DNA of 64,000 bases from Thermoplasmatota archaeon (GCA_023381415.1 JAMCUN010000020.1:7070-71069), one strand, 5' to 3'; numbered from the stretch's first letter, positions 38,182 through 48,651 are shown. A program made the numbers and translations. Notes: generated from the sequence alone by a model not told the origin.

Positions 38182-39573
38182 ATGAAAGAGGAAATCAGCT
38201 TCGACACCGAAAAGAGGGAGCGCTTGGAATATCACATAACTGAAATGATGAGGAGGAATCGAGTATATGGGCTCTCCATCCTGATTACAATGGACGACAG
38301 GGTCCTCTATTCTAGAGGATTCGGCCTCAGAAGTGCAAACCCTCCACTGCCCGCTACACCCGATACTCTGTATGGCATAGGATCCTCCACCAAGATATTC
38401 ACTGCTCTGTCCATCCTCAAGCTGGTGGAAATGTCCAGAATCCGTCTTGATGATCCCGTGGACCTGTACATAAAAGGACTCAGGACGGATTTGAAAGGGC
38501 ACCCTGTCACCATCCATCAGCTGCTCTCCCACACTTCCGGTTTCCCAGATCTGGGAATGGCATCCGTGACCCTGGGACATCCTCTGGGAGAACAGGATGT
38601 CTGGACTCCTCTCGGTAGCATAGATGATCTGGTGACCCTGATAAATGGGGCCAGAGATGAGCGTGTTTCTGAAAAGGGAGACGTGTTCATGTACTGGAAT
38701 GAAGGTTACGTCCTCCTAAGCAGGGTGATAGAGGAGGCAAGTGGGATGGTGTATCCTGACTTCGTGAAGAAGAACATACTCTCCCCCCTTGGAATGAAGA
38801 GGTCCACCTTTGACCTACAGGATTTCGAGAATGATGATGACATAATGGTCGGCTACTACTCTGGTGATGATAACAGGAAGGTCCCTCAGAGATTCCCCTA
38901 TCACCCCCTCGGGCACGGAGACGGGGGACTTATATCAAGCGTTTCGGAGATGGGGCACATGGTGGGGATGATGATGAACGGAGGGTTGTGGAAAGGCAGA
39001 AGGATCATCGGGAGGAAGTATCTTGACATCGCAATGACTCCGAAGGTGGATGTGAATTTCCCTGCTGAACGCGGAAAGAGGATTTCATATGGTTATGGAA
39101 TTGTGATAGACGACAACTTCTTTCGTCACGTCAAGTTTGGACATGGAGGCAACGTTGCTGTCTCATCTTCGTATTTCGGTTTCATACCTGACTTGAAGGC
39201 AGCAGTAGTCGTTGCTTCTAATTCTGATTTCGGCGTCTATTCAATAGCTGATTATGCTCTCTCCCTCTCAATCGGGAAAGATCCCGAGAAGCTTCCTGCG
39301 ATTGAGTTCCAGAGAAAGGCAGATTTGTTGATCGGCAGGTATGAAACTTACAAAGGGTCAGCGAAGATGCAGATTTCACTCAAGGGACCCAACTTATTCA
39401 TGGAGATTGGGCACCCTGGGCAATCTAACCCTATGCCCCTGACGATTGACGGGGATAACCTCTTCATGATGGTGGGGCACAATAAAGTGAAACTTGATGT
39501 TGATATCAGACCGCAAGGCATCGTGGACATCAGGTTCGATAGGCTGGTGTTCCACAGAGTAGGGAAACTCTGA
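38182..39573 (+). CDS. S12-family serine hydrolase (beta-lactamase fold; D-aminopeptidase/esterase-like) with a C-terminal beta-barrel extension
   Basis: GIGSSTKIF (S-x-x-K), MYWNEGY (Y-x-N), FGHGGNV (H-x-G replacing KTG). About 100 additional C-terminal residues. Confidence 0.85.
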   Translation: MKEEISFDTEKRERLEYHITEMMRRNRVYGLSILITMDDRVLYSRGFGLRSANPPLPATPDTLYGIGSSTKIFTALSILKLVEMSRIRLDDPVDLYIKGLRTDLKGHPVTIHQLLSHTSGFPDLGMASVTLGHPLGEQDVWTPLGSIDDLVTLINGARDERVSEKGDVFMYWNEGYVLLSRVIEEASGMVYPDFVKKNILSPLGMKRSTFDLQDFENDDDIMVGYYSGDDNRKVPQRFPYHPLGHGDGGLISSVSEMGHMVGMMMNGGLWKGRRIIGRKYLDIAMTPKVDVNFPAERGKRISYGYGIVIDDNFFRHVKFGHGGNVAVSSSYFGFIPDLKAAVVVASNSDFGVYSIADYALSLSIGKDPEKLPAIEFQRKADLLIGRYETYKGSAKMQISLKGPNLFMEIGHPGQSNPMPLTIDGDNLFMMVGHNKVKLDVDIRPQGIVDIRFDRLVFHRVGKL

Positions 39574-39659
39574 GGGGTGTTCTCTTGCTACTCCTCCAAG
39601 TCGCAGCTTGACGAATTACATTCTCTGGATCATCCGCTTTCGGGGTTGATTCTGCGAAG

Positions 39660-40850
39660 TCACCTTTCAATTCTACTTCTGAATTCTCTTCTTACCCTTC
39701 TTAGAATATTTTCGTTTTCCATTATCCTCTCCACGGCATCTACTGTCGCCCTGACAGAAATCATCAGGTTTCCTATGGCCAGTGCCGGGTCAGCCTCCTT
39801 CGCGGATTCGGCCGAATGAAGTGCCATTCCTGGGTACCCAATCTTCATGTTCAGGTGGCCTGTGGGTACCACTTTGCTTATGTTCCCCTCATCAGAGCTT
39901 ACTGAAGGAAAGCTATCGTCGGTATCCATGTTTGAGGGTTTCACACCAAACCGCCTTAAAGAATTCTCCAGCATTGAATCTATGACACTGTTTGCCACGT
40001 AATCTTCATACATCGGCTGCAGTTTCCTTATCTCCAGCCGGGTGCCATACGCCTTCGAAACCCCCTCCAGTACCCTCGTCACCTTCCTTTCCAGAACCTT
40101 CAGGAATTCTCCTGATACAGCCTTCAGCTCTATTTCCAGCACGGCCCTGTCAGTGACTATGCTAGTCACAGTTCCACCCTCCCTTATGATCATCTCTATT
40201 ATGGCAAGCCTGTCGTTCTTTATCCAGCTCCTGAGGTTATTGATGGAAACGTACGAGGTGACAACAGCATCCAGAGCATTCACCCCCCTCTCAGGAGAGT
40301 AGGCCATGTGTGATGCCTTCCCTTTGAAAATAGCCTGGAATAGGACATCAGATAGAGTCTTCCATCCTACGCTCCACGAGTCCATAGCGTGCAGACCGAT
40401 TGCAAAATCTATATCGTCAAGCGCCCCCTTCTCAATGAGGAGTGCCTTGCTTCCTGCATATTTCCCTATCCCCTCTTCTGACGGTGTCCCGAGGACAACA
40501 ACCTTACCTTTTTTCATCATTTTGGATAGAGCGACCGATGTCCCGTAGGCCCAGCCGGAAATGAGATTGTGGCCGCACGAATGGCCGTTTGGAAGCGCAT
40601 CGTATTCCGCAATTATAGCTACAGCCGGTTCCCCCTCCCCCCACTCGGCCCTGAATGCAGTGCTTATTCCCAGGTAAGGGTGGACAACCTTAAACCCCTT
40701 TTTCTCGAATGATTTGGCCAGGAGGGATGATGATTTTACTTCCTCGCTCCCAACTTCTGCGAATCTGTATATCTTATTGGAAATATCAAAAATCTCCTTC
40801 TTCAAAGGTCCTGCTTTCTTGTCAACTGAGGATGGATCATTCACGCACAA
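39660..40850 (-). CDS. M20-family amidohydrolase (second paralog)
   Basis: AEYDALPNGHSCGHNLISG and GTPSEEG. TTG or GTG start. Confidence 0.85.
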   Translation of the reverse strand: MCVNDPSSVDKKAGPLKKEIFDISNKIYRFAEVGSEEVKSSSLLAKSFEKKGFKVVHPYLGISTAFRAEWGEGEPAVAIIAEYDALPNGHSCGHNLISGWAYGTSVALSKMMKKGKVVVLGTPSEEGIGKYAGSKALLIEKGALDDIDFAIGLHAMDSWSVGWKTLSDVLFQAIFKGKASHMAYSPERGVNALDAVVTSYVSINNLRSWIKNDRLAIIEMIIREGGTVTSIVTDRAVLEIELKAVSGEFLKVLERKVTRVLEGVSKAYGTRLEIRKLQPMYEDYVANSVIDSMLENSLRRFGVKPSNMDTDDSFPSVSSDEGNISKVVPTGHLNMKIGYPGMALHSAESAKEADPALAIGNLMISVRATVDAVERIMENENILRRVRREFRSRIER

Positions 40851-41121
40851 GTATCAGGTTTTCTTGATAAATAATTTCCCCACGCACCAGTGCGTTATAG
40901 GTCAAATGGCAGCAGTCGGGACACCTATCTGAGATTGCGTTCCACCCCTGGACGGGAATTATCCCCCTGACTGGCAATTTGAAGATGAATTCTCATGGTT
41001 CTTTCCCACTTCAAATTTTAACAGCCTTTTCTTGGCCTGGTTCATTCCCATATCCCTCTAATTTTGCATCAGCCCATGGCATTTGAAAGGTTTAAATATA
41101 TACAAGGGGTGTATTTCTGCA

Positions 41122-41808
41122 ATGCGATTGTCCAACATGAGGGTGAAACTCTACCACGAGAACTGCTGGACTTCAGAGCTTACTGAGATGTTCCCTGAAG
41201 GTACACTTGTAGTCCCGTTCTCGAGGAAGTTGAATGAAGGCGTCACTACAACTTACACGTTGGTGAAGACATCAAAGACGCAGGCGAAGCAGGTGGCACA
41301 TTCGGAAAGGTACTCCAAATTCTATCCCAGAATTGTTGGTGAACTTGGAAACGCTAACCACAATCAGATGTTCCTCATTTCATTCCAGTTCAAGTCAGAA
41401 AACAGCATCTACAGGGCGATAAAGAACATAGAGGAGCTGATACCTGTGCAGGTGACATACGAAGACGAGTTCGAGATATGGAATTTCCTCATACCGTCAA
41501 GCGGACCCACGAACTACAGGAAGGACATAATCAACAATCTACGCCAAGTTGCAGATGTGGAGGGGTATTCGCTCGAGGACGGATACGGAATGCTAAAGGG
41601 GAGCATAGACAGCTTCCTCGGGTTGATATTCCCTCCAAGCACTATGTTCGTTCTTCAGAGACTCATGGATATCGGATACTTCGATTTCCCGAGGAAGGTA
41701 TCGATAGATGCTGCAGCCAGGCAGCTTGGGATCTCAAAGGGATTCATATCAAAGGTTTCCAGAAGGATATTTGACGTCCTCAGAAATGAATCACCGGACG
41801 GTACCTAG
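41122..41808 (+). CDS. Putative transcriptional regulator with a C-terminal HTH (Bat/HTH_10-like)
   Basis: The C terminus YFDFPRKVSIDAAARQLGISKGFISKVSRRIFDVL is HTH-like. TTTAAATATA at 41091-41100 would place a leaderless start at the ATG 41122 (or 41137). The track ORF starts at 41083. Confidence 0.6.
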   Translation: MRLSNMRVKLYHENCWTSELTEMFPEGTLVVPFSRKLNEGVTTTYTLVKTSKTQAKQVAHSERYSKFYPRIVGELGNANHNQMFLISFQFKSENSIYRAIKNIEELIPVQVTYEDEFEIWNFLIPSSGPTNYRKDIINNLRQVADVEGYSLEDGYGMLKGSIDSFLGLIFPPSTMFVLQRLMDIGYFDFPRKVSIDAAARQLGISKGFISKVSRRIFDVLRNESPDGT

Positions 41809-41820
41809 GTAGTTTCCAAT

Positions 41821-43014
41821 TTACGCCCTTTCAATAAGAGCGGAATACCCCTGGCCGCCTCCAACGCACAGCGAGGCCATCCCTCTCTCCTTTCCCCTGT
41901 CATTGAGCAACCTGGAGAGAGTGCCGATGAGCCTTGCGCCACTCGCTCCAAGCGGGTGGCCTATTGCTATTGCACCACCGTTCACGTTCACTTTCCCCTT
42001 ATCCAGGCCCAGTTCCATTATAGCATTCAGAACAACCACCGCGAACGCTTCGTTTATTTCCCACATGTCTATGTCGCCCACCTCCATCTTCCCCTTTCTC
42101 AATGCCTTCCTCGAGGCCGGGACAGGACCGAGGCCCATTAGATGCGGAGGCACACCTGCCCATCCGAAATGAGTGATCTTGGAAATAGGGGTGAAACCGT
42201 ACTCCCTCACCTTCCTTCCGGAGGCAAGGACTACAAGGGATGCGCCTGCGTTAAGAGGAGAGGAGTTGCCTGCGGTCACTGACCCTTTTTCCTTGAATGC
42301 CGGGGCCAGTCCTGAGAGCTGATCAAGTGACGTATTGCCCCTAACGCTCTGGTCCCTGTCCACGATGATCTTCCCATCGTTTGAGTCGACCTCAAGTGGA
42401 AGTATCTCCTTCCCCAGCCATCCGCTTTCAATCGCAGAAAATGCTCTCCTGTGGCTTTCCAGGGCGAACATATCCATCTCTTCCCTGCCTATCCCCTTCA
42501 TTTCAGCAAGGTTCTCAGCAGTGAGACCCATATTGTACGCCTCCTTCATCCTGTACTCGGAATATTTTGGGTCATCCATAAGGGGGGTGCAGAGCTTGTT
42601 GGAGAGCCTTGGAACGTGGGTCATGTGCTCAAACCCTCCTGCGAACACGATGTCGCTGCTCCCGCTCATGATCTCCATCGCACCTGTTGAAACTGCGTTC
42701 ATTGATGATGCGCATGCCCTGTCCACCGCCATAGATGGGACATCAACAGGAAGACCTGAAAGTAGGACAGGATGCCTTCCGCCGTACGTCCAGTTCTCGT
42801 CTCTCTGGTAAGCGCACCCTGTTATGACGTCGTCTATATCCATTGCTCTTACTCCAGTACTTTCTACAGCATCCCTTATGAGTTGGGAGTACGCAACATC
42901 CATTCTGATACCATTGAACACGTCCCTCGAAGGCTCGTTCGGCCTCGACCTCGAGAATGCCGTTCTTTTGTAGTAGATTAGAAATACTTCATTCCCGCTT
43001 CCGTTCGCATCCAT
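41821..43014 (-). CDS. Thiolase (acetyl-CoA C-acyltransferase family)
   Basis: VDRACASSMNA (active-site Cys), NEAFA, GGAIAIGHPLGASGARL, CVGGGQG. Confidence 0.92.
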   Translation of the reverse strand: MDANGSGNEVFLIYYKRTAFSRSRPNEPSRDVFNGIRMDVAYSQLIRDAVESTGVRAMDIDDVITGCAYQRDENWTYGGRHPVLLSGLPVDVPSMAVDRACASSMNAVSTGAMEIMSGSSDIVFAGGFEHMTHVPRLSNKLCTPLMDDPKYSEYRMKEAYNMGLTAENLAEMKGIGREEMDMFALESHRRAFSAIESGWLGKEILPLEVDSNDGKIIVDRDQSVRGNTSLDQLSGLAPAFKEKGSVTAGNSSPLNAGASLVVLASGRKVREYGFTPISKITHFGWAGVPPHLMGLGPVPASRKALRKGKMEVGDIDMWEINEAFAVVVLNAIMELGLDKGKVNVNGGAIAIGHPLGASGARLIGTLSRLLNDRGKERGMASLCVGGGQGYSALIERA

Positions 43015-43015
43015 T

Positions 43016-43753
43016 TCACTTCCCTCCCTTGGTGTCTATCGAGCCAAGAACTTCCATCTCCTCCATTGTAGGGTCCTCCAGCACTGTCACTCCATCTGGA
43101 AACGATATCCCCAGTCTATCCGCAAGCATCTTCAGCTCATTCCTGTCCGTATCCCTGTATATGGATGTTATCTCCGGCCCCGACTTCCCCCTTATCCTGA
43201 CTATGCACCTGTCCGTTATCACAACCTCCTCCTGCAAAGTCGTTTCTCCATCGTCTGAAAGCCCCTTCCTTGAACTGGTTACGAAATCCAGTCTGCCCCT
43301 GAATTTGGCTTCGTTCAACTCTATTATTACAACACTCTTTCTCGAGTGGTAGAGTATCTCGCAGGCACCCCCGCTCCCTGGAAGCCTCACTCCTGGATTT
43401 TCGTAATCTCCTATAACCGTAGTGTTTATCCGCCCCGTCGGGTCAATCTGTGCTGCCCCGAGGAAACCGACGTCTATCCTACCACCTCCGATCAGGTAAG
43501 AGAAGTTGTCGAAGAGGGAGAAGAGGGAAGAGACATTCTCAGCGAGGGAGGGGTCCCCTATTGACAGGGGCTGTCTGCCAGGAGAACAGTCCACAGACCC
43601 AGACTCGTAGACCATTATGAGTCCCGGGGAGTAAAGTCTCTTCGCAAGATTTGCTGCTATGTTCGGAAGACCTACCCCGACAAGAACAACATCCCCGTTC
43701 TTGATCTCCCTTGCAGCATTGACAATCATCCTAACCCTGCTTGATATTTCCAC
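43016..43753 (-). CDS. CoA-transferase beta subunit (glutaconate/3-oxoacid CoA-transferase family)
   Basis: 245 aa. The Glu in MVYESGSV sits at the position expected for the catalytic Glu of family-I CoA-transferase B subunits. It starts 2 nt after the end of the A-subunit gene. Confidence 0.8.
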   Translation of the reverse strand: MEISSRVRMIVNAAREIKNGDVVLVGVGLPNIAANLAKRLYSPGLIMVYESGSVDCSPGRQPLSIGDPSLAENVSSLFSLFDNFSYLIGGGRIDVGFLGAAQIDPTGRINTTVIGDYENPGVRLPGSGGACEILYHSRKSVVIIELNEAKFRGRLDFVTSSRKGLSDDGETTLQEEVVITDRCIVRIRGKSGPEITSIYRDTDRNELKMLADRLGISFPDGVTVLEDPTMEEMEVLGSIDTKGGK

Positions 43754-43754
43754 T

Positions 43755-44687
43755 TCAGGCCACGCTCCCCCAGTTTATTGGTGCAACATTCCTGCTTTTC
43801 ATCCTGAGCTTATCTGTCTTCTCCCTGCCAAGCTTATCAATATACTCTCCCCTGTCGTTCACTCCGTATACCCACTCCTGCAGATATTCCTCTATAGACC
43901 TTCTCTCCCTTGAAATCCTGTCCCATTCCAGGTAGAACTGGTTATCCCTGTCGTAGAACCCCTGTACGTATGATGGATGTGCTCCCCATGGATCATGAAC
44001 GACCGCATTAACTGCTATTCCAGGCACAATAGTCCTGTTCGGGTCGCCTTTTATAACCTCGCTTTCAACTATCTCCTCCGCTGCAACAATCACCCTCTTA
44101 CCTGCAAATGCCAGTTCCTTCTGCTCCCCCATTATTCCCCATAACTGGGAATTACCCTGCTCGTCTGCCCTCTGAACGTGGATTATCGCTACGTCAGGGT
44201 TTATGGGTTTCACGACAAGCACACTCTTTCCTGTAAACGGATCGGTAACATACCTGTAGTTGTGGTTGTGCATAGGCAGGTCGGTGCTTCCGACTGCATT
44301 CACAGGGAAGAATGGTATCTTCGCACCTCCGGCGTGGAGTGCAGATATCAGGCTTCCATGGGTGTACTCCTCCAGCTTCACCTTCAGGGGTTCTCCCATC
44401 TCGACGCTCCTCCTTATGCAGTGGAGCGAACCTACGCCAGGATTCCCAAGGTATGAGAAAACTAGCTTCGATGCCGTACCGGCGGCTACCATCTGGTCGT
44501 AGACAAGGTCGGGGGTCATCCTGATGAGCTCCAAATCCTTCCTCCCCTGCCTGATTATCTCATGACCGGCAGAGAAATCTATAAGGTGGGTGAATCCTGA
44601 TATGTAAACGGAATCTCCATCGTGTACAAATGACGATACTGCATCCCTCATGCTCATGATCTTCCTCATGAATACCCCTCCTTTCAC
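43755..44687 (-). CDS. CoA-transferase alpha subunit
   Basis: 310 aa. MSMRDAVSSFVHDGDSVYISGF is the typical N-terminus. GTGA overlap with the upstream aminotransferase gene. Confidence 0.8.
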   Translation of the reverse strand: MKGGVFMRKIMSMRDAVSSFVHDGDSVYISGFTHLIDFSAGHEIIRQGRKDLELIRMTPDLVYDQMVAAGTASKLVFSYLGNPGVGSLHCIRRSVEMGEPLKVKLEEYTHGSLISALHAGGAKIPFFPVNAVGSTDLPMHNHNYRYVTDPFTGKSVLVVKPINPDVAIIHVQRADEQGNSQLWGIMGEQKELAFAGKRVIVAAEEIVESEVIKGDPNRTIVPGIAVNAVVHDPWGAHPSYVQGFYDRDNQFYLEWDRISRERRSIEEYLQEWVYGVNDRGEYIDKLGREKTDKLRMKSRNVAPINWGSVA

Positions 44688-46006
44688 TTCGGTTTTTCCT
44701 TTGAACTGGTACCGCTGCCTAGGACTCTTCTCATGGCATTCACAGTCAAGTCAATGTCCCCTTCTGTGTGTGCCAGGCTCATTGAATACCTGCTGGCAGG
44801 AATCAGATATATTCCCTCTTTCATCATTTCAGAGTCAATCCTCTTTCTTTCCTTCATGTTTTCGTCAGATATGTCCCTGTAAGTATGGACTTCCTCCTTC
44901 GATAAAGTATAGTTCACCACCCCTCCCTCCCCGTAAGTTCTGTGTTCCACCCCGAACTCATCCAGAGTCTGGGAAATCAATTTTCTGAGGGTGGTGGCAG
45001 CCTCACTTATTCTGGAGAAGTTGTTCCCTTCCATCAGCTCGCTTACAGTTGCCATTCCAAGGGTTATACTTATCGGGTTGCCGTTGTAGGTACCCGAGTG
45101 GAAAACCTTGTTTCTGTTCCTTGGGTCGAGAAGTTCCATTATTTCCGGCTTCCCTATGACTGCGCCTATAGGAGCTCCGCCCCCTATGATCTTCCCGAGG
45201 CATATCATGTCCGGTTTGATTCCGTAATATTCCACCGCCCCTCCCAGCCTTATTCGAAAACCCGTCTTCACTTCGTCAAAAACCAGGATAATACCATTTT
45301 CTTCAGTGTACTTCCTCAGGAAATGCATGAAATCCCTCTTCGCTGGGATATACCCGTCCTCGAACGGTTCCAGTATAACGGATGATACATCCTCTCTTTC
45401 CAGGGCCCTCTTTGTTCCATCTATATCGTTGAACGGGAGAACCACGACATCGTCCAGTATATCTCCCCTCACTTCAGCGCTGTCCGCCTCCTTTTCAAGA
45501 GCTCCTTCCTTTCCCCTTTTCTTTGGCCTGTAATTGGCAAGGAGAAACGGGTTTGCTCCATGGTAATGGCCGTCAAATTTGGCAATCTTCCTCTTTCCGC
45601 TCTTGGCCATCCCGAGCCTGTTCGCGAGCAGGGTTGCCTCCAGCCCTGACGTTGTGAACCTGAGCATACCATCCTTCATGAATATTCGGAGAAGGATCTC
45701 TGCGAATTCCGACTCCTGTGGGGTTGGATTTCCGAAGAGCGTTGTACCGAGAGAATCTGCAATATTCCTTAGAGCTTTCAAGACTGCAGGATGACCATGC
45801 CCCAGGATGAGCGCGCCATAAGAGAGCACATAGTCCACATACTCATTTCCGTCCACGTCCCACACGTGCGAACCACTTGCTCTGGAAAGGAATAAGGGAT
45901 ACGGTTCACGGAACTTTATGTTTCCGTTCACCCCCCCGGGAATAAGCTTCTCTGCCTCCTTGAAGAGGGAAAACGATTTGTCCGTGGTATGCCGGGACTC
46001 AATCAT
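44684..46006 (-). CDS. Class-III PLP aminotransferase, glutamate-1-semialdehyde-aminomutase-like (divergent, probably not a true HemL)
   Basis: LIPGGVNG, TSGLEAT, FDEVKTGFR (PLP Lys) and LGKIIGGGAPIGA resemble HemL-family proteins. The canonical GGVNSPVRAF motif is not conserved. Confidence 0.8.
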   Translation of the reverse strand: MIESRHTTDKSFSLFKEAEKLIPGGVNGNIKFREPYPLFLSRASGSHVWDVDGNEYVDYVLSYGALILGHGHPAVLKALRNIADSLGTTLFGNPTPQESEFAEILLRIFMKDGMLRFTTSGLEATLLANRLGMAKSGKRKIAKFDGHYHGANPFLLANYRPKKRGKEGALEKEADSAEVRGDILDDVVVLPFNDIDGTKRALEREDVSSVILEPFEDGYIPAKRDFMHFLRKYTEENGIILVFDEVKTGFRIRLGGAVEYYGIKPDMICLGKIIGGGAPIGAVIGKPEIMELLDPRNRNKVFHSGTYNGNPISITLGMATVSELMEGNNFSRISEAATTLRKLISQTLDEFGVEHRTYGEGGVVNYTLSKEEVHTYRDISDENMKERKRIDSEMMKEGIYLIPASRYSMSLAHTEGDIDLTVNAMRRVLGSGTSSKEKPK

Positions 46007-46178
46007 GACCTTTCATCAACTGGACGTATTATATCATCATGGTCAACTAGTTTACTTCCCTGAAAATAGGAATATGAACAAGGTGCCTTACGAAGATTGA
46101 AATATTCTCGAACAACAAAATGTCAGATGGAAATCTGTTTACCAATAACGTAAATAGATAGCTGACGATTGATCATTC

Positions 46179-47528
46179 ATGCCCAGGAACGAACTCAGTG
46201 GTATTTCAATAAAGGTTACACCTCCAGGCAAGAAGAGCAAGAAAGTCATAGAGATGAGCAACAAATACATGGCTACAACGACCCAAACCTTGCCAGTGGT
46301 CGGATACAGAGGGCAGAGGGTCTACATAGAGGACCTGGACGGGAACGTTTACCTTGATTACACCAGCGGCATCAGCGTTACGAACGTAGGATATGGCAAC
46401 CCCGATCTTATAAGGAAGGTGGAAGATCAGCTTCACCGGCTGTGGCACTTCGCTGGAACAGATTTCTATGCTGAGGTTTATGTGGAAGCTGCAAAGCTAC
46501 TGACTGATGTTACCCCAGGTAGGTTCAGGAAGAGGGTATTCTATTCAAACAGCGGGACAGAGAGCATAGAGGCTGCTATAAAGATCGCAAAGGCATACAC
46601 CGGGAGGAACCAGTTCATAGGGTTCATAGGAGCGTTCCACGGCAGGACTCATGGGTCACTTGCATTCACCGCATCAAAGGCCCAGCAAAGGAAGGGGTTC
46701 TTCCCATTCATGCCGGGGGTGGAGCACGTACCTTACCCTGATCCTTACAGGAATCCCTTTGGCATTGATGGGTATGACGAGCCAGAAGAACTTGTGAACA
46801 GGGTGATAGACTACATAGACTCCTATCTTTTCAAAACCTACCTTGCCCCGAGCGATGTAGCGGGAATACTGGTTGAACCCGTACTCGGAGAAGGGGGGTA
46901 CGTGGTGCCTCCAAAAGGTTTCCTGAAGGAGCTGAAAAGACTTGGGGATTCACACGGGATACCGCTGCTCGTTGATGAAGTCCAGACGGGATTCGGAAGG
47001 ACTGGAAAGTTCTTCGCATCCGAGCACTTCGGCGTGGCTCCTGAAGTCATAGCACTTGCTAAATCAATTGCTTCAGGCATCCCGATGGGGGCGGTTGTTA
47101 TGAAGGAAGAGATGGACTTTAGGGAGAAGGGGATGCATTCGAACACCTACGGAGGAAACCCGATCGCCTCTGCAGCATGCGTTGCGACAATAGAAACCAT
47201 AAGGAAGCAGAACCTTGTGAAAAATTCGGAGGAAATGGGTAAGTACATGAAGAAAAGGCTGGTTGAACTGCAGGATAAGCACAAGGAGATAGGGGATGTC
47301 CGAGGACTTGGACTGATGCTCGCGGTAGACTTCGTGAAAAATGCCAAAACTAAGGAAGCAGACCAGAAACTGAGGGACAGGGTTCTTGAAAATGCATTCA
47401 AGAATGGACTCCTTATGCTTTCAACAGGACAGGGAGCAATCAGGATAATACCCCCTCTCATAATAAATAAAAAGCAGATAGATGAGGGGATCGAGACCCT
47501 TGAAAAATCGATAAGGCAATCCCTCTAG
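46179..47528 (+). CDS. Class-III aminotransferase (4-aminobutyrate / omega-amino acid type)
   Basis: DGNVYLDYTSGISVTNVG, SNSGTESIEAAIK, FHGRT, VDEVQTGFGRTGKFFA, LAKSIASG. Confidence 0.88.
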   Translation: MPRNELSGISIKVTPPGKKSKKVIEMSNKYMATTTQTLPVVGYRGQRVYIEDLDGNVYLDYTSGISVTNVGYGNPDLIRKVEDQLHRLWHFAGTDFYAEVYVEAAKLLTDVTPGRFRKRVFYSNSGTESIEAAIKIAKAYTGRNQFIGFIGAFHGRTHGSLAFTASKAQQRKGFFPFMPGVEHVPYPDPYRNPFGIDGYDEPEELVNRVIDYIDSYLFKTYLAPSDVAGILVEPVLGEGGYVVPPKGFLKELKRLGDSHGIPLLVDEVQTGFGRTGKFFASEHFGVAPEVIALAKSIASGIPMGAVVMKEEMDFREKGMHSNTYGGNPIASAACVATIETIRKQNLVKNSEEMGKYMKKRLVELQDKHKEIGDVRGLGLMLAVDFVKNAKTKEADQKLRDRVLENAFKNGLLMLSTGQGAIRIIPPLIINKKQIDEGIETLEKSIRQSL

Positions 47529-47598
47529 CAACTATGACCCATCTTCTGGGGTCTATGCACTGAATCACCCCCAGCGTGTCTTTTATTGACGCGATGCT

Positions 47599-48651
47599 CT
47601 ATGACACTTGAATGTTGAGTCCCATCCTTCTGAGGCTTTCCATTATCAAGTTGAATTTTGATTCGTCGAACCCCAGGTATTCAGGCGGTACTACTCCCGA
47701 TCCAGATATCTTTCCTTCAAGTACGAGCCCAGCTATTGCTGCGACTGGAAAGCCTGTCATCCTTGCCATGGAAGTTATTCCCTTCTCCTTGTCGAAATAG
47801 TCAACGTACCTTACCTCCTTCTCAACTCTTCCGTATGCCTTGATTTCCAGGATGCACAGGTCCTCTACTTTCATCCTGAGTTTCCTGTCGAAAAGTTCCC
47901 TTGTAATCGCACGAGGGGTTGTTCCTTCGATCTTCTCCTCTGAAAGGTACCCCATATCCTTGAGGAACTTTAATTTCTGAAGATGCCCCGGATACCTGTA
48001 CGTCTTTTCGAACATGTCTACTCCCTTCAGGGTGTCTATGAGTGTGCCCAGACCGTCAACATAGAACGAGTCAAGGTCGCCTATTCCTGGGAAGGTAGCA
48101 TGCTCTATGCTCTCCAAGGGCTCTACTGTCATTATTTTGTTGTCCTTTACAAACCTTGCAGGTCTCGTATATATATCTAGAAGTCCCTCGACGCTCCATG
48201 TTATGCTGTAATCCAACGGAGGGACCTTCACCCTTGGGAGGCCTGCATCATAGATCTCGATCCTCTTTGCATCGTATTTCTTGTAAAAGTAGCCGCTTAT
48301 GATGTTTGTAAGACCTGGTGCATAACCTGCGTCCGGGATGAGGAGGCCTTTGTTCTTAAGCGCAAGTTCGTTGAGGGAGATTGAGTTTTCCGGGATGAAT
48401 GAAACATCCACAATCTTCTTTCCCATGCTCAGCAGTTTCCTCATTATTCCAAAGGCTACTGATCCTGGAAGAGCCGATGCTATGACGTCTGCCTTCTCTA
48501 TAACGTCCGGGAAATCAAATGGGTCGCCCCTCAAGACCTTGAATGGAGCATTCTCAATCTTCCTCTTGTCTATGACCGTCACTGAATCCTTAGAAGAAAG
48601 CTGGTTTGCAACCACCGAACCTATCATTCCATAACCTAAAACTACAATCAT
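47599..48651 (-). CDS. Saccharopine-dehydrogenase-like NAD(P) oxidoreductase (short form)
   Basis: Rossmann start MIVVLGYGMIGSVVA. AGYAPGLTN. 350 aa. Paralog of the gene at 51071-52282. Confidence 0.7.
   Translation of the reverse strand: MIVVLGYGMIGSVVANQLSSKDSVTVIDKRKIENAPFKVLRGDPFDFPDVIEKADVIASALPGSVAFGIMRKLLSMGKKIVDVSFIPENSISLNELALKNKGLLIPDAGYAPGLTNIISGYFYKKYDAKRIEIYDAGLPRVKVPPLDYSITWSVEGLLDIYTRPARFVKDNKIMTVEPLESIEHATFPGIGDLDSFYVDGLGTLIDTLKGVDMFEKTYRYPGHLQKLKFLKDMGYLSEEKIEGTTPRAITRELFDRKLRMKVEDLCILEIKAYGRVEKEVRYVDYFDKEKGITSMARMTGFPVAAIAGLVLEGKISGSGVVPPEYLGFDESKFNLIMESLRRMGLNIQVS

Noticed and set aside
36988-38580. Minus-strand ORFs of 214 aa (36988-37632), 116 aa and 219 aa (37921-38580) overlapping the DmpA-like and beta-lactamase-fold genes
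   Set aside because: The plus-strand genes carry clear family motifs. The antisense translations are Pro/Ser/Arg/Gly/His-rich and show no recognisable motif.
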